NCBI RefSeq assembly: GCF_001194135.2
Contig: NC_068990.1
Coordinates: 12,733,598-12,797,597 of the forward strand
Origin: Octopus bimaculoides
Taxonomy: Eukaryota
Direction of reading: 5' to 3'
Length of the DNA: 64,000 nucleotides
Shown: positions 37,346 through 51,701 of the stretch, in pieces
How the letters are laid out: each line of letters opens with the position of its first letter
How positions within the stretch are numbered: the first letter of the stretch is position 1
The notes under the pieces: model-generated
Told to the model about the DNA's origin: nothing
The model's input: the letters and a program-made list of their open reading frames with translations, nothing else
The model's database searches: none
Made by a program: the position numbers and the translations under genes

Positions 37346-38560
37346 TAAAGACTTGTTTTGTTTACGCTTTTCCCTCCGGTTTTTTGTTCTATGTGTGCCA
37401 TAAATATCGCCATCCGTTTAGAGAAAAATTTGTAGTTTAGAATCAGTAGTTCTTTGACTGCTATTTCTAAATTTTCAGTATGTTGGAGAAGCAACTCAAT
37501 GCTAATCCCTGTATATTTATGATTATATATATATATATATATATATGACTTCATTTTGATTGAGGTTATATTATTTCTGCTTTCATATTTTAAGTTGATG
37601 TAGATAAAGACTTTTGTCTACTATTAATCTCTCACTAACACAGATACAAACACTCATCAATTGATTCTAAGGCAATTGAACTGAATAGAAACATACTTGT
37701 TACTATGCCTAGTTACCATTTTTAAAATGGCTTTTATTTACATCATCTTTTTTTACCAAATATTTTAGTGAGCCAACATCCGTGTAGTTTTCTCATTTGC
37801 TTGTCACTTTTAGATTTCTAAGTACCTCTTTAGGGAGTTTTTTGTGTAGTAACTGCATTGATAATCTCATTTAATTGAAGTTTTTTCAACAATATATTAT
37901 AACCTACTTGAAACTCTACCACAGAAGCTTCATTTTTGTATTTGATTCGCAAAATTCTTGATGTGAACTTGCATGTTAAAACATATATCTTGGGAGGCTC
38001 ATTATATCAATAACAATTATATGCAATCAGTTGTTGATTGTCTGAAGCAGATTTGCAGTAGAGGAAGCATGTCATTGAGAAGGCTGCAAATAGCAACAAA
38101 AGGACTTTGACAAATGCTGCTGATTGATTGATTGATTGATTGATTGAATGATTAGTCAAACATTTGATTAGTTAATTGGTGAATGGTTAATTAAAAAGTT
38201 AATACTAAAATAAAATGCGAAACAGAATCAATGCATGTATTTATTATTTGCATAATGACTCCCCTGGGGTACAACAGAATATTATAAGTATATCCGTTGA
38301 AAAATTCTTATCTCTCTGACATAAACGAGATACAGCTATGATACAACTGATTTCTCTCCTGTCTATAGCATACAAACAGGCAAAGTGTTTTAAGTATGCT
38401 CTCTTTGATACAATTTTCCTGATGGACACTGAAATAACAAACGAAAAATTCCAAGAAGTTTTAAGGAATTTTTAGGAGATCCGATTAAACAGAAACCTGA
38501 TTTCAACCATTATCATTACAACCGTTATCATTGTATCATTTCTGGGTGTTTGCACAACTA

Positions 38561-38788
38561 TTGGGTTGGTGCATAATTATTGCGGCTTATTTCAATAAAT
38601 TTTATTCAACAAAAACAATGACAATATTTAACAAAAACATCTTCAAATGACAGTCTGACTGTCTGCCAAGCAAATGGGTGAATATGCTCCGGAATAATCA
38701 TTTAAAGATGTTTTTGTTACATCTTGTTATTGTTTCTGTTGAATAAAATTTATTGAAAAAGAGCTGCAATAATTATGCACCAACCCAA
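38561..38788. mobile_element. Mariner-type palindromic MITE with TA TSD
   Basis: TA|ttgggttggtgcataattattgcggc ... gctgcaataattatgcaccaacccaa|TA. The arms are ~90 bp with a ~45 bp spacer. The termini resemble Hsmar1/MADE1-type TIRs. Confidence 0.88.
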
Positions 38789-39705
38789 TACATTATCCAG
38801 TGTAATCAGTAGGGTGTGATATGAGGGAGATAGATTTGATTCCTATTTCTTGCATGTTGAGTATCTACACAGAGGCCATGGACACCTGTTGCTTATCACT
38901 ATAATTGGTAGGAGATATTGAATGGATAACACGTCTTTTATTAGCATGTACTAATACTGAGTTAAAATGATGTGGAAAAAATGTCAACAGAAAACTATTC
39001 GAGAGTATTCTCAACAACAGATCTTGGAATTGTTAGATCACTAGAGAATTGTCTTACAATACTTTCAATGGAATAAGGTAGCATAAAACAACACAAATGA
39101 ACCACCATTTATTCTTTATTATAAATATTACTTTTCAGTCTTATGTCTCTTGAAATCTAACATTAAATCTCTTTTACTGTTACTTAAATTCTGCACTTTT
39201 AAACATATTTACTTCTGTATTCTTTTATCGGCTTCAAACATTGGACTGCAGCCTTGCTAATAATGCACCACCTTCGAGGGATTTTAAATTAATACATTGA
39301 TCCCAGTAATAAGTTGAGGTTAAAGTTCTAGAACTAGCAAAGAAATGATTTTTAACTTTAACAAATGGCTAAAATAAACGTGTTTGGAATATAAGGGAGA
39401 CCTACTTTGACATAACTTAATACTTACAAACCACAAATTATTTTTGCTTGAGTCATTAATTTTACATCAATGCACATTGTACAAAAATATACACATCTAC
39501 AAGCTTTCAAATACACACAAGCTTAAAGATATTCTGGGGTTCTGTACAGTTCTAGATTAGTTCTAGAACTGATCTTTATCAACTGATTAGCAAACTTTAT
39601 CGTTTTGGTAAAAAGCAGCAGATCAAGGCATAACATAATAATTAGAAACTAGCCATTAGTTTTGGTTGAATCATTGAATTGGCACCAGTATTTTCATTCG
39701 TTTAG

Positions 39706-40069
39706 TCTTTTATTTGTTTCAGTCATTTGACTGCGGCCATGCTGGAGCACCACCTTTATTCGAACAAATCAACCCCAGGACTTATGCTCCGTAAGCCTAG
39801 TACTTATTCTATCAGTCTCTTTTGCTGAACTGCTAGGGTTACACAGACATAAACACACCAACATCAGTTGTCAGGCAATGGTGGTGGAGACAAACACACA
39901 CATATATGTATACACGATAAGCTTCTTTCAGTTTCCGTCTCCCAAATCCACTCAAAGGGCTTTGGTCGGCCCCTGGCTATAGTAGAAGACACTTGCCCAA
40001 GGTGTCACACAGTGGGACTGAACCCGGAACCATGTGGTTGGGAAGCAAACTTCTTACCACGCAGCCATG
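39706..40069 (-). mobile_element. SINE family A, full length
   Basis: Reverse-complement match to 41284-41710 from tail to head. Confidence 0.88.
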
Positions 40070-40362
40070 TCATATATAAGCATGTGTATTTACAAATGTG
40101 CTGACACATATATTCCAGGCTTCTGCACAGTTTCCATTTACCAAATATCTCTCACAAAGCATTGGCCGATCCAAGACTATAATAGATACTTGCTTAAGGG
40201 GGCAATGCAGTGGAATCAGCAGTCTTAGTCACATGCTTATGCTTCTATTAAGTTGCTTTCAATAATTTCTATATCTTTCCACACCCCACCCCATCTTATT
40301 AGATATGGAGATAGAAGCCATAATGTTTGATAAAACACTTGTTATTTTGTCTTTATGATTAC

Positions 40363-40426
<64 letters not shown>

Positions 40427-40563
40427 GCTTCTTTTTGCTCTCCATCTATCTCTTCCAGTTATAGTTTTACAATGCAGTAACACTTATCTCATATTTCAGC
40501 ATTCAATGAGATAAGATATGATAGCACATGCATTTCCAATTTAAGACAGAACATGCCACATAA

Positions 40564-40594
<31 letters not shown>

Positions 40595-40643
40595 CGCGCA
40601 TGTGTGCATGTATGTATGTGTGGATGCATGTATGTGTGGATGC

Positions 40644-40681
<38 letters not shown>

Positions 40682-40733
40682 ATATGTATACTTACATACA
40701 TACACACATATATATACTGAGAGAGAGAGATTT

Positions 40734-40776
<43 letters not shown>

Positions 40777-41283
40777 AGATACACACACACTTACATGCTT
40801 ATATGTAGTATGTGTGTATAAATGTGCATGTACAGATGAATACATATAGAAGCTGGCTCTCTTGTATAAAAGAAGTTCGTCATGTTTACTTACATTTCTT
40901 TCAGTTGGGTTTATGTTTGTCTTTATAAGTATAAGAGAAGACATCGCCAGTGAAGATTTAGAAGCAAAGACAAAAACAAAAAAAAAACAGAAAAAAACAG
41001 AAAAAAAAATGGAAAGGAATGAAAATTACTGAGATAATCTACAATTGAATAAATAAAGCCATCCGCTTACTTACTTATCTCACTTAAACTTGTTTAATCT
41101 GGAACACACACAATGAATCTGTACACACATACACACACACATTCACACACACACACACACACACACACATTGTTAAAAAGTTAGATGAATATGAATAAGG
41201 AATCTTACTCAAGGATTGAAAACTTTCTCTGAAGTCCACTACATTCAGCAGCTATGAATTTATATTTGTTTAGTCAGTGAGAA

Positions 41284-41455
41284 AGGCGCAGGAGTGCCTA
41301 TGTGGTAAGTAGCTTGCTTACCAACCACATGGTTCCGGGTTCATTCCCACTGTGTGGCATTTTGGGCAAGTGTTTTCTACTATAGCCTCGGGCCGACCAA
41401 AGCCCTTTGAGTGGATTTGGGAGACGGAAACTGAAAGAAGCCTGTCGTATAAATG

Positions 41456-41490
<35 letters not shown>

Positions 41491-41710
41491 GTTTGTGTGT
41501 CTGTGTTTGTCCTCCCAGCATCGCTTGACAACCGATGCTGGTGTATTTACGTCCCTGTAACTTAGCGGTTTGGCAAAAGAGACTGATAGAATAAGTACTA
41601 GGCTTCCAAAGAATAAGTCCTGGAGTCGATTTGCTCGACTAAAAAGCGGTGCTCCAGCATGGCCACAGTCAAATGACTGAAACAAGTAAAAGAGTAAAGA
41701 GTAAAGAGAG
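41284..41710 (+). mobile_element. SINE family A, full length, best-preserved copy
   Basis: tRNA-like head (tgtggtaagtagcttgcttaccaaccacatggttccgggttcattcccactg), internal (TA)/(TG) microsatellite and a 3' (agagta/aaagag)n tail. Retains many CpGs. Confidence 0.9.
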
Positions 41711-42005
41711 AGAACATCAATATGGCCATTGGATCTGCAAGAAATAGCTGCCAAACCATTGTTGTTTTCAAAGTTATGAAGGGTAGGTCAAGGAATGTAG
41801 TACTGGGTATGCTAAAATTGGCATAATCATTCTTAGAACATGTTTCATGAAACATCTCTTTGATGAGGATGGAAACGGAACTAAGCAACATCATCATCAA
41901 TGACTTTTATTTGAGTACAAAGTTTAGTTGATGAGTTTTCCCATTAATCTCTGAGAACTGAGAATTGCAAAAGCTTTATTTTGAACTGGCTTACCTACTT
42001 TAGAC

Positions 42006-42367
42006 CAATGTTTTCCAACCTATTTTAGCCCAGGCCCCACTATAACTTCCCAGAAAAATATATGTCCCATTGGTGGTTGGTAAAAAAATAACTTTATCTT
42101 TTATATTTCATAATTATATACTTTCCTTAAAGAAATATCCACACTGGAGCATTAGACTAGCACTATACTGTAGCAAACAGTCATCACACAGTCTGCTTGG
42201 CTGGTGGGATTGCTAGGCTGAGTATAGGTGTTGTATGTTTGCTGTGAAATAAAGATTTTTCATAATTCCATATCCCACTAAAAGAAAAACAAAATTATAT
42301 CTCAAGCCCCACCACAATTTTCCCAGTCATCACCAGTGGGGCATATGCCCCATGTTGAGAATCACAG
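42006..42367. mobile_element. hAT/Charlie-type MITE, copy 2, with a perfect 8 bp TSD
   Basis: TSD ctttagac at 41998-42005 and 42368-42375 (fits the Charlie nTnTAGAn preference). The TIRs are CAATGTTTTCCAAC and the reverse complement CTGTGATTCTCAAC. Confidence 0.88.
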
Positions 42368-44288
42368 CTTTAGACACTTCATCTTGAATGATGTTGCATT
42401 AATTCTTTAGCAGTTGGTGTTTATCGAGCCATGATCTTCAATTTTTTGCTCAGACATAGTGCATCTAGGATTATACTACTGAAGGTGTCTTCCATTATTT
42501 TTCACACAGTATGTATGATATGTAGGAGATTTAGCTGCTATTTCTAACAGGACAAGAATATGCATAGAGTTTTTCTTCTTCTTAGACATATATGAATCTT
42601 TTAGTGTATAATGATAGTGTTTCTATATGCTTCAATAATTTTGGTTACTTGTAGTAGCATTGATTCTTCATTGTTCTTGAAATCTACCTTTCACAATGTG
42701 TTTATTTGCTTTTGACTTTAATGTAAGCATAGAGGTGAAACAACTTATATCAATTCTCCAGTATTGTTCAGTATTCATCGTTTCTCTCGTCACATAATTG
42801 GTACAGATTTATCACTCATGGAATACTTTGGTGGCCAATAAAAGATTTCAAATGCTAACGTGTGAAATTATTTGAATTCTATATTTATTCAATAACAATT
42901 TCTTGCCCTGCAGGTCACAGTGGCTGTAATATTTATGGTGTTGAACACTACTTAGCAGATTATCAGGAGGTCAAATTTATATCAGAAGCTGAATATTAAA
43001 AGTATGTCATAGGACATTATTAATCAAAGAGATTTTTAATCAATTTAAATTTAAATAAACTTTATATTCTTCATGTAGAGAGCACTCTTGGGAAATTTTC
43101 CAATGTTATTATTAAGAACTTATATTTAGCCGTATAAAATCTGCTTAAATCTTCTAAAAGCACATAGATATTCTGTTCTCAGAGCTTAATCCATTATGAA
43201 TGTAATTAGAATTTTTCCTTGAATTTATCTTGAACATCAGAAGATAGCTTATGAGAATAAAAGTATGTACCAAGTGAGAGAGCTGAAGATAAATTGGTCT
43301 GTCAGATAAAGAGGAGAAGCCTCATCATTGTTAATATTCAGTTTCTGTGCTTCTGTTCTCAAATGGACTGAACTTTCCCTTGCATACAATTTGTGTATAA
43401 TTTAATCTGCTTTAATACAAAGATATATAACAAGGCAGCCTCTATGCAGTTATTCTTCAACCTGCAAGAAATAGCAGCTACGTCGTTCTCATACAACATC
43501 CTACTTTCTTAGAGAAGAAATGACACCTTAGATATTAGCATATTCTAGAAGTATTAAAGTGGAGGAAAATGGGTAAAATCACATGTAGTTGGCGTTAGGT
43601 GATAGATCTGCTTAATCAGAGCTTACTTGGGATTAAAAAACAACAACACACGAGGTTAAGTTTTCTAATAATTTCTAATTCATATTCTCTGTAACCTTGA
43701 CTAACACTTCTTGTCAGAATTATTTGCAATGGCTGCTATTATTCATGGATTATATTGATTTCAAATTTTAGCACAAGACCAGCAACTTTACAGGAAGGGG
43801 TTAATCATTTACATTGATCTCAGTGATCTACTGGTGCTTATTTTATCAACTCCAAAAGAATGAAAGGCTAAATCAACCTCAGTTGAATTCGAACTCAGAA
43901 CATAAAGATGGAGGAAATGCCACTAAGTATTTTACCCAGCATGCTAATAATTCTGCCAGCTCACTGTCTTAACATAGATTATGATAAACTCGACTCCGTT
44001 GGCCATGAATGACCATGGGTGCACCTAAGAGGTTCTGCTCCAGGGTACAAGTCTGGGCAGAAAGTTGCCTCTCTGGCAACTGGGTGGGTGGGTAGGTAGG
44101 TCGGCAGTGAGGCAGGCAGGCAAGCAGAGAGAGAGAGGATGGATGGATGGATGGATGGATGGATGGATGGATGGATGGATGGATGGATGGATTGGTTGAT
44201 AGAGTGATGTATGTGTATATGTATGTTTATTTGGAATATGTATGAATGTGTGTTTTTGTGCTTGCAGCTTCCATTCTATGTAATTATC

Positions 44289-44480
44289 TTCATCTTCCTC
44301 ATATGTCCATTTTCCATGCTGGTATGGCCATGGGTTAGACAGTTTGACCAGAGCTGACCAATTGGAGAGCTGCACCAGGCTCCAGTCGTCTGTTTTGGCT
44401 TGGATTTTACGGCTGGATGCCCTTCCTAACACCAACCACTTTACAAAGTGTACTGGGTGTCTTATATGTGTCACTGGCAC
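44289..44480 (-). mobile_element. RTE-like 3' tail fragment (LINE end or SINE tail)
   Basis: tttccatgctgg..ggttagacagtttg..ggctggatgcccttcctaacacc. Homologues at 47965-48150 (-) and 62945-63200 (+, ends in (GAT)n). Confidence 0.7.
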
Positions 44481-45330
44481 AAATGCTTTTTATATGTCAC
44501 TAGCTCAGGTGACTTTTATGTGCCAACAGCACTAGTAATTACTAATCCATTGTTAGTAGTGTACTTGAATTTCCTGGATCAGCTCACCTTGAGCAGAGTT
44601 GAGGAATAAAACCATTTTCACCAAAGTCTACTTTTGTCTAAGCTTAGACAAAAACTGCTCACTCTAGCTTGTAGTAAGTTTGTGATTAACCACAAAGAGA
44701 TGTTATCTCTGGATGAATATTGCCGTAACTTGCCTGTGAATTATGTATATTCATTAAGTAAGGTACATAGCTGGTTATTGTAATGTTCTATCAATGTCCT
44801 TCTTTTCTTAGTTTTAAGAGAGTAGGATTATGATTTGAGATAGATTTGGCTGCAATTTCTAGCTGGCCAAGTAACATGATAGTGGCCTGTTTGTTATCTC
44901 ATGAATGGTTATATTGAGTACAGCATAACCTTGAGGGCATATGATGAATATTTTCTAATACAGATGTAACATCTTTGGGGTAAAGATAATTATAATAGAC
45001 AGACTCATTACAATTATGATGTTAACACTAATGAACAAAAACTAGTAAAAATACACAAAAGAATATAAACAAAACAAGGCAAAACTGAACATAACACCAT
45101 GTTGTATAATAATGATGGAAGATGAAAATTAAGCAGCATAGTCATAATGTTTTAGTGGAATATATTTTAATGAAATAGAAACGTTAGGTATTTCATGATC
45201 AAATTCTATAGTTTTGACAGCCAATTTAAACACCTCTACCATTATCCTGGCTTAGCAATCACATTCTTTGTTGTGCTCTTTGCTTTCTTTTTACTGTTAC
45301 CTTTAATCATATCTGTCTTACTGCTACAAC

Positions 45331-45591
<261 letters not shown>

Positions 45592-46650
45592 AACTGTTCT
45601 GATACTTCTCATTATTACTTGATTATTATTGTTTATATATTGATTTTTTTTTTTTTTTCCATTGCATTTACCGCAACAAATGCTGTTAAAGTGATAAATC
45701 GTATTCGCACAACACTTCAATCATTCTCGAATAGAAATTAGAGAATGGGGGGGGGGGGGATATCAACAACAAAAATGAACAAGAAAAACTACAAAAAAAA
45801 CCCATAAAATATTTTTTTTAGTTTGAAATATTGGTGGTATTTCAAGAAAAATATTCAGTTTTCTTCTTTCTTTGTTTTCCATAGTAATCTAACATAATTA
45901 TTTCTTTTTACATTATACATAATTGATTACATTTCTATCCTGATGTCTTTCTGGTAAATTACACCAAACATGTATTCAGTAAGCTACAGAAAAGGCAAGA
46001 CTTTAATCTGTTTGTTTCTTTTGTTTTCCAAAGTATTTATTTCGTGAGCTTGATGAGAAAACTAGTGAAAGATAAAATATCAAGCAAGCACTTAATTTTA
46101 TATATTCCTTCTGTGTGAGATATTCAAATAGCAATAACGAAAAGCCAATGAAGGAATCTTCTACGACATTGTTGCATGACTTGCTCAATGTATAACAGAT
46201 AAATATTCCGTGATAAATTCATGTTTAAGCTATACATTCTCGGCAATGTTCCAACAATAAAGACAGGATTATCATGGCTAATTATGCTGATTAAATGTTC
46301 TCTTGTTGTTTGATCAGCAACATTTATACATCCTCAGCTGACCAGGGCTATTGGACAACAGCAGTAACAACTACTAATAGCAAAGCCCAACATGCAACAA
46401 ATAACAGCCAAATTCACTCAAATTTTACCCTACCATTTTAAAATTGGGACAAAGTGGATAATATAGTCTCTTGAAATGGGAGTTACTGGATTTCAAAATA
46501 AGGATGGATGGATGGATGGTCATTGCTGGACTGTCAGCTACATTGAGACCAAATTGGTGCTAAACAACGACAACAGTATTAAAGTCATAGTTTTTATTCC
46601 TCTTGACTTACTTCGACACTGCAGGTCTCAGAATATTTTCTCATACTGGA

Positions 46651-46690
<40 letters not shown>

Positions 46691-47009
46691 GTGTCTGTAT
46701 GTGTGGTGGGTCATGTGTGTCTATATTTGTGTACATAATTATATGAGTGTGTATATGTGTGTGTGTGCATGGGCATGTGTGTGCATGTGTGTGTAAGTGA
46801 ATGTGTGAGTGTGTGAATGCGCGCGCGCGTGTGTGTGTGTGAGTTTACTGTAGTACAGGCTTGGTTATATCATCAAGTAGTTCAATGTGTAACCACGTGG
46901 TTTTGGGATTGATCACACTGAATGGCACTTTTGACTGTTATTTTCTACTGTAGACATGGTGAGATTCTGAATACTTACTGAATAGAATGGGCTAAACAAC
47001 AAATGTGAA

Positions 47010-47200
<191 letters not shown>

Positions 47201-47689
47201 CATGTGTGTGTGTGCACGTGTGTGTTTGTGTGTGTGTGTGTACATACATCTCTTTTGTAGATTTGACTTGTTGCTTTCCATAAGGTTTGGCCATATATTT
47301 TTAAAGTCCTATGTAATCTGAGAATATAATGCAGCTAAAGAAATTGCTTAAATAATATATTTCTTTGCTAGGACTCGTTTCTGTTACATAAATGGTAAGA
47401 GATTACATTATAGCTTCTAAATGGTTAACGTACTTCAGGAGTATTAAATTACCTTTGATATATGTATATACATATATTATTACTGAGAACATGGAACAGA
47501 TGTTTCACCTGCCTGTAAGCCATGCACATACTAATACAAACAAACTGATACCCAGTCGTTCAACATGCTAAATCTAACTGCAAAATCATCCTCAAATAAC
47601 ATGTTATACTCTTTTTCCTTTCCATGTCTGTCTCGTGCTCTCTATCTGTGTGTGTGTGTGTGTGTGTGTGTGTAGGGAGTCTAAAGAGA

Positions 47690-47900
47690 CAAGGCACGTG
47701 GATTATTGGTTAGGATGTTTGGCTCGCAGTCATAAGGTCATGTGTTCGCTTCCTGATAGTGCATTGCGTCCTTGAGCAAGACACTTTATTTCATGCTATT
47801 CCAGTCAACTCTAGCTGGTGAACATGAGTAGTACCAGTATTTCGAAGGGTCAACCTTATTGCATTATGTATCATGTTGAATCTCCCACAGAACTACATGT
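47690..47900 (+). mobile_element. SINE family D head and body
   Basis: ggcacgtggattattggttagg..cataaggtcatgtgttcgcttcc..ccttgagcaagacactttatttcatgctattccagtcaactc. Confidence 0.7.
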
Positions 47901-49214
47901 CAGTGCTCAAAAATATTTTCTTTAGAGTGAGCTTTTTCTAGCCTTATGGAAAACTGACTGATATGTCCCCATCATCATCCTCATTTAACATCTGTTTTCC
48001 ATGCTGACATGGATGAGACAGTTTGATAGAAATTGGCAAGCTGGAGAGCTGCACCTTGCTCCAAATGTCTGTTTTGCAAGGCATTCTACAACTGAATGCC
48101 CTACCCAGCACCAAACACTTCACAGAGTTTAGTAGGTACTTTTTAAATTGCACCAGCACGTGTGTGTGTATATATATACCATTCAAATTGACAGCCATGT
48201 TGAAGTGGCTATGAACATATATATATATATATATATATATGCATATGCAACAGGCTTCTTTCAGTTTTCATCCACTAAATCTACCCACAAGGCTTTGGCT
48301 GGCCCAGGGCTATAGTAATATAATCACAAGATGTCACACAGTGGGACGGAACCCAGAACCATGTGATTGGGAAGCAAACTTCTTACACCTAGCCTGAAGG
48401 TCTTTTTGTTTCCTCCCCCCCCCCCCCGAGGTTTTAATGCTGAAGGCAGTCCCCTTGATTGCCAAATGTATAAGTGCTTGCTTTCGGTATTCTTCTTTTG
48501 ATGAATTTGAATGGTATTATTGTATTAGTGAAATTTTTTTCTTCAAGATGCTTTAGAAATTGCCATTGAGGAATCATGTTCTTGTTTACAGGGAGTAATG
48601 TTTTTGATGAGTAGATTCTCTACCATTTATAAAAAGAAGCATCTAACAGTTGGTACATTAGATCATTGTGCATTTACTATTCTGAAGATGTGTGTTTCTT
48701 TTTGGTTTTTTTTATGTTTACAAATCTCTCCTTGTGAAAAAAGAAACCTTTGTATTCATATGATGAATGCAAGGAGACAATCTGGTTGGGTAAAAGAATA
48801 AAAACAAACCAAACAGAATATAAATTATGCTTAAACTCCAATGGATTTTTAAAGGTCATGTTTAACTTTGAGAGATTTTTTTGGTGTAATCAAATGTTTA
48901 TTTATTTTTATCCATCCTTTCATGTTTGCTAAGTTGCAATGAAGTTTTCAAATTTGTAATTTCGTACACACCTACAGCAAGAGTTCTTATAATTTGTTTC
49001 TTTTCATCCTGGTAACCACTCAACTGTCAGGTAGATATGTTGCCTTTATGTCAGCCATAAAGACTGGAGCAACCAAAATTGTCTTTTTTGCTATACACAA
49101 AAGATTACCAGTATTTAAGTTTTGAATTATGGTAGTTTTATCAATATTATAACAACTTAAACCCTAACTTTTTAAATTAAACCAGGGTGGTTATTTGTGT
49201 GTCAGACGACTAAC

Positions 49215-49482
49215 TACAAAGTCATCGTCATCATAATTTAATGTCAACTTTTCCATACTTGCAAGGGTCAGATGGAATTTGATGAGGCAAATCTTTTATG
49301 ACTGTATAAATGTCATATATACATGGATGCTCTTCCTGTCATCAAGCCTTGCCTGTTTCCCTGGCAAGATAATTTGTTTTCATAGCCAGACTCTTTTCAC
49401 AAAATATCTGATATAACTGACACTGCTTATAAGATGGTGATGCTTATTTGCAACCATCACATGATGTCAAGATAAAGCTACA

Positions 49483-49551
<69 letters not shown>

Positions 49552-49668
49552 GTATTATTAACTATCAGCAGCAGTTACTCTGTAACCTCTGCTGATTATT
49601 AAATGAAACCTGCATATACTCATGCTGTGAACTCTATTTTCTTGTTTGCATCATCTAAGCTATATATG

Positions 49669-49725
<57 letters not shown>

Positions 49726-49915
49726 AGAGAGAGATAGAGATGGAGGGAGGGAAAGAAAGAAAGAAAGATCTGTAAATTTCCAGCTACCTAATTCACTCAC
49801 AAGGCTTTAGTTAGCCAGGGACTACAGGAGAAGACACTTGCCCTAAATGCAACAGAACTGAACCTGAGACCACATTGTTAAGAAGCAAGTTTCTCAACTA
49901 CACAGCCATGCCTAT
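49215..49915 (-). mobile_element. SINE family B, full length, expanded by internal (TATC)n/(TG)n arrays
   Basis: RTE-like tail at 49215-49480, microsatellites at ~49485-49760 and a family A-type head at ~49770-49915. Confidence 0.7.
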
Positions 49916-50661
49916 GTCTATAAAATCAAGAGAAAACTAGAGAAAAAAAAACGATAGTTTATAATTGAAGGACAGAGCAAAGTTAAACAATTTATATACA
50001 TTAAGCCTAATTTTAGTGTAGATGACTTAATAAGAACAGTCAAGGTGAAAATCAGTCTCTTGATCCGTTGGATTCTGTCCAAAGACTGACTGTACCATTA
50101 AATCTTATTTTGTAGTGTTGATTTTTATCATTAAAATGAATTATTGTAAATCTATATATGTATAACACAAGTATTAAATCATTTTAAGCTCTGAGCCAGC
50201 CAAAGAAATAACAGCCAATCATTTGCTGTCTTTCAAATTCTCTCAGTCATTCTTCCCCCACCACACACACGCACGCAACCACATATCATCATCATCATCA
50301 TAATCATCGTTTTAACATCTAACTTTCCGTGGTTGCATGGGTCAGAGAGAACACATTAAGGCAGATTTTATATGATTAGTGGCAATTTCTTTCATCAACT
50401 CTCACCCATTTTCTGGGAACATAACATTTCTCTTTGGTCAAACATGGTTTTGTAGAAGACTGGAAATGAATGATATTGCTTTTGTGGTGATAGTCCCATA
50501 ATTTAGCAACCATCATGTGATAAGAAGAAAATGGGACGTGCACAATGCCATATATATATAATACAAATGATATATGAGCATATGCATATATACATACATT
50601 TATGTACATACCTACATCTACATGTATATATGGATGCACATCTGGGTACAGGATATCAGTG

Positions 50662-50710
<49 letters not shown>

Positions 50711-50859
50711 GCATTTTGGTAACCAATTAGAAATGGCTGTTAGATATGTTACATCACCTATTTTGTTATGTCATGATTTGTATTAAAAAATAAGCTATAA
50801 ATATGGTCCAATCGATGTGTTTGTTAATTTGAGGTTTTCTCCATTTCCTGACTATTTGC

Positions 50860-50902
<43 letters not shown>

Positions 50903-50920
50903 CATATATATATATATATA

Positions 50921-51701
50921 NNNNNNNNNNNNNNNNNNNNNNNNNNNNNNNNNNNNNNNNNNNNNNNNNNNNNNNNNNNNNNNNNNNNNNNNNNNNNNNN
51001 NNNNNNNNNNNNNNNNNNNNNNNNNNNNNNNNNNNNNNNNNNNNNNNNNNNNNNNNNNNNNNNNNNNNNNNNNNNNNNNNNNNNNNNNNNNNNNNNNNNN
51101 NNNNNNNNNNNNNNNNNNNNNNNNNNNNNNNNNNNNNNNNNNNNNNNNNNNNNNNNNNNNNNNNNNNNNNNNNNNNNNNNNNNNNNNNNNNNNNNNNNNN
51201 NNNNNNNNNNNNNNNNNNNNNNNNNNNNNNNNNNNNNNNNNNNNNNNNNNNNNNNNNNNNNNNNNNNNNNNNNNNNNNNNNNNNNNNNNNNNNNNNNNNN
51301 NNNNNNNNNNNNNNNNNNNNNNNNNNNNNNNNNNNNNNNNNNNNNNNNNNNNNNNNNNNNNNNNNNNNNNNNNNNNNNNNNNNNNNNNNNNNNNNNNNNN
51401 NNNNNNNNNNNNNNNNNNNNNNNNNNNNNNNNNNNNNNNNNNNNNNNNNNNNNNNNNNNNNNNNNNNNNNNNNNNNNNNNNNNNNNNNNNNNNNNNNNNN
51501 NNNNNNNNNNNNNNNNNNNNNNNNNNNNNNNNNNNNNNNNNNNNNNNNNNNNNNNNNNNNNNNNNNNNNNNNNNNNNNNNNNNNNNNNNNNNNNNNNNNN
51601 NNNNNNNNNNNNNNNNNNNNNNNNNNNNNNNNNNNNNNNNNNNNNNNNNNNNNNNNNNNNNNNNNNNNNNNNNNNNNNNNNNNNNNNNNNNNNNNNNNNN
51701 N
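50921..51701. other. Assembly gap (largest of seven)
   Basis: N runs at 10882-10898, 22916-22925, 23324-23333, 23557-23759, 36059-36464, 36856-37241 and 50921-51701. Most abut (TA)n arrays. Confidence 0.99.

Noticed and set aside
41284-41360. tRNA gene (and similar heads throughout)
   Set aside because: A/B-box-like motifs are present but there is no complete cloverleaf, and each continues into a SINE body.
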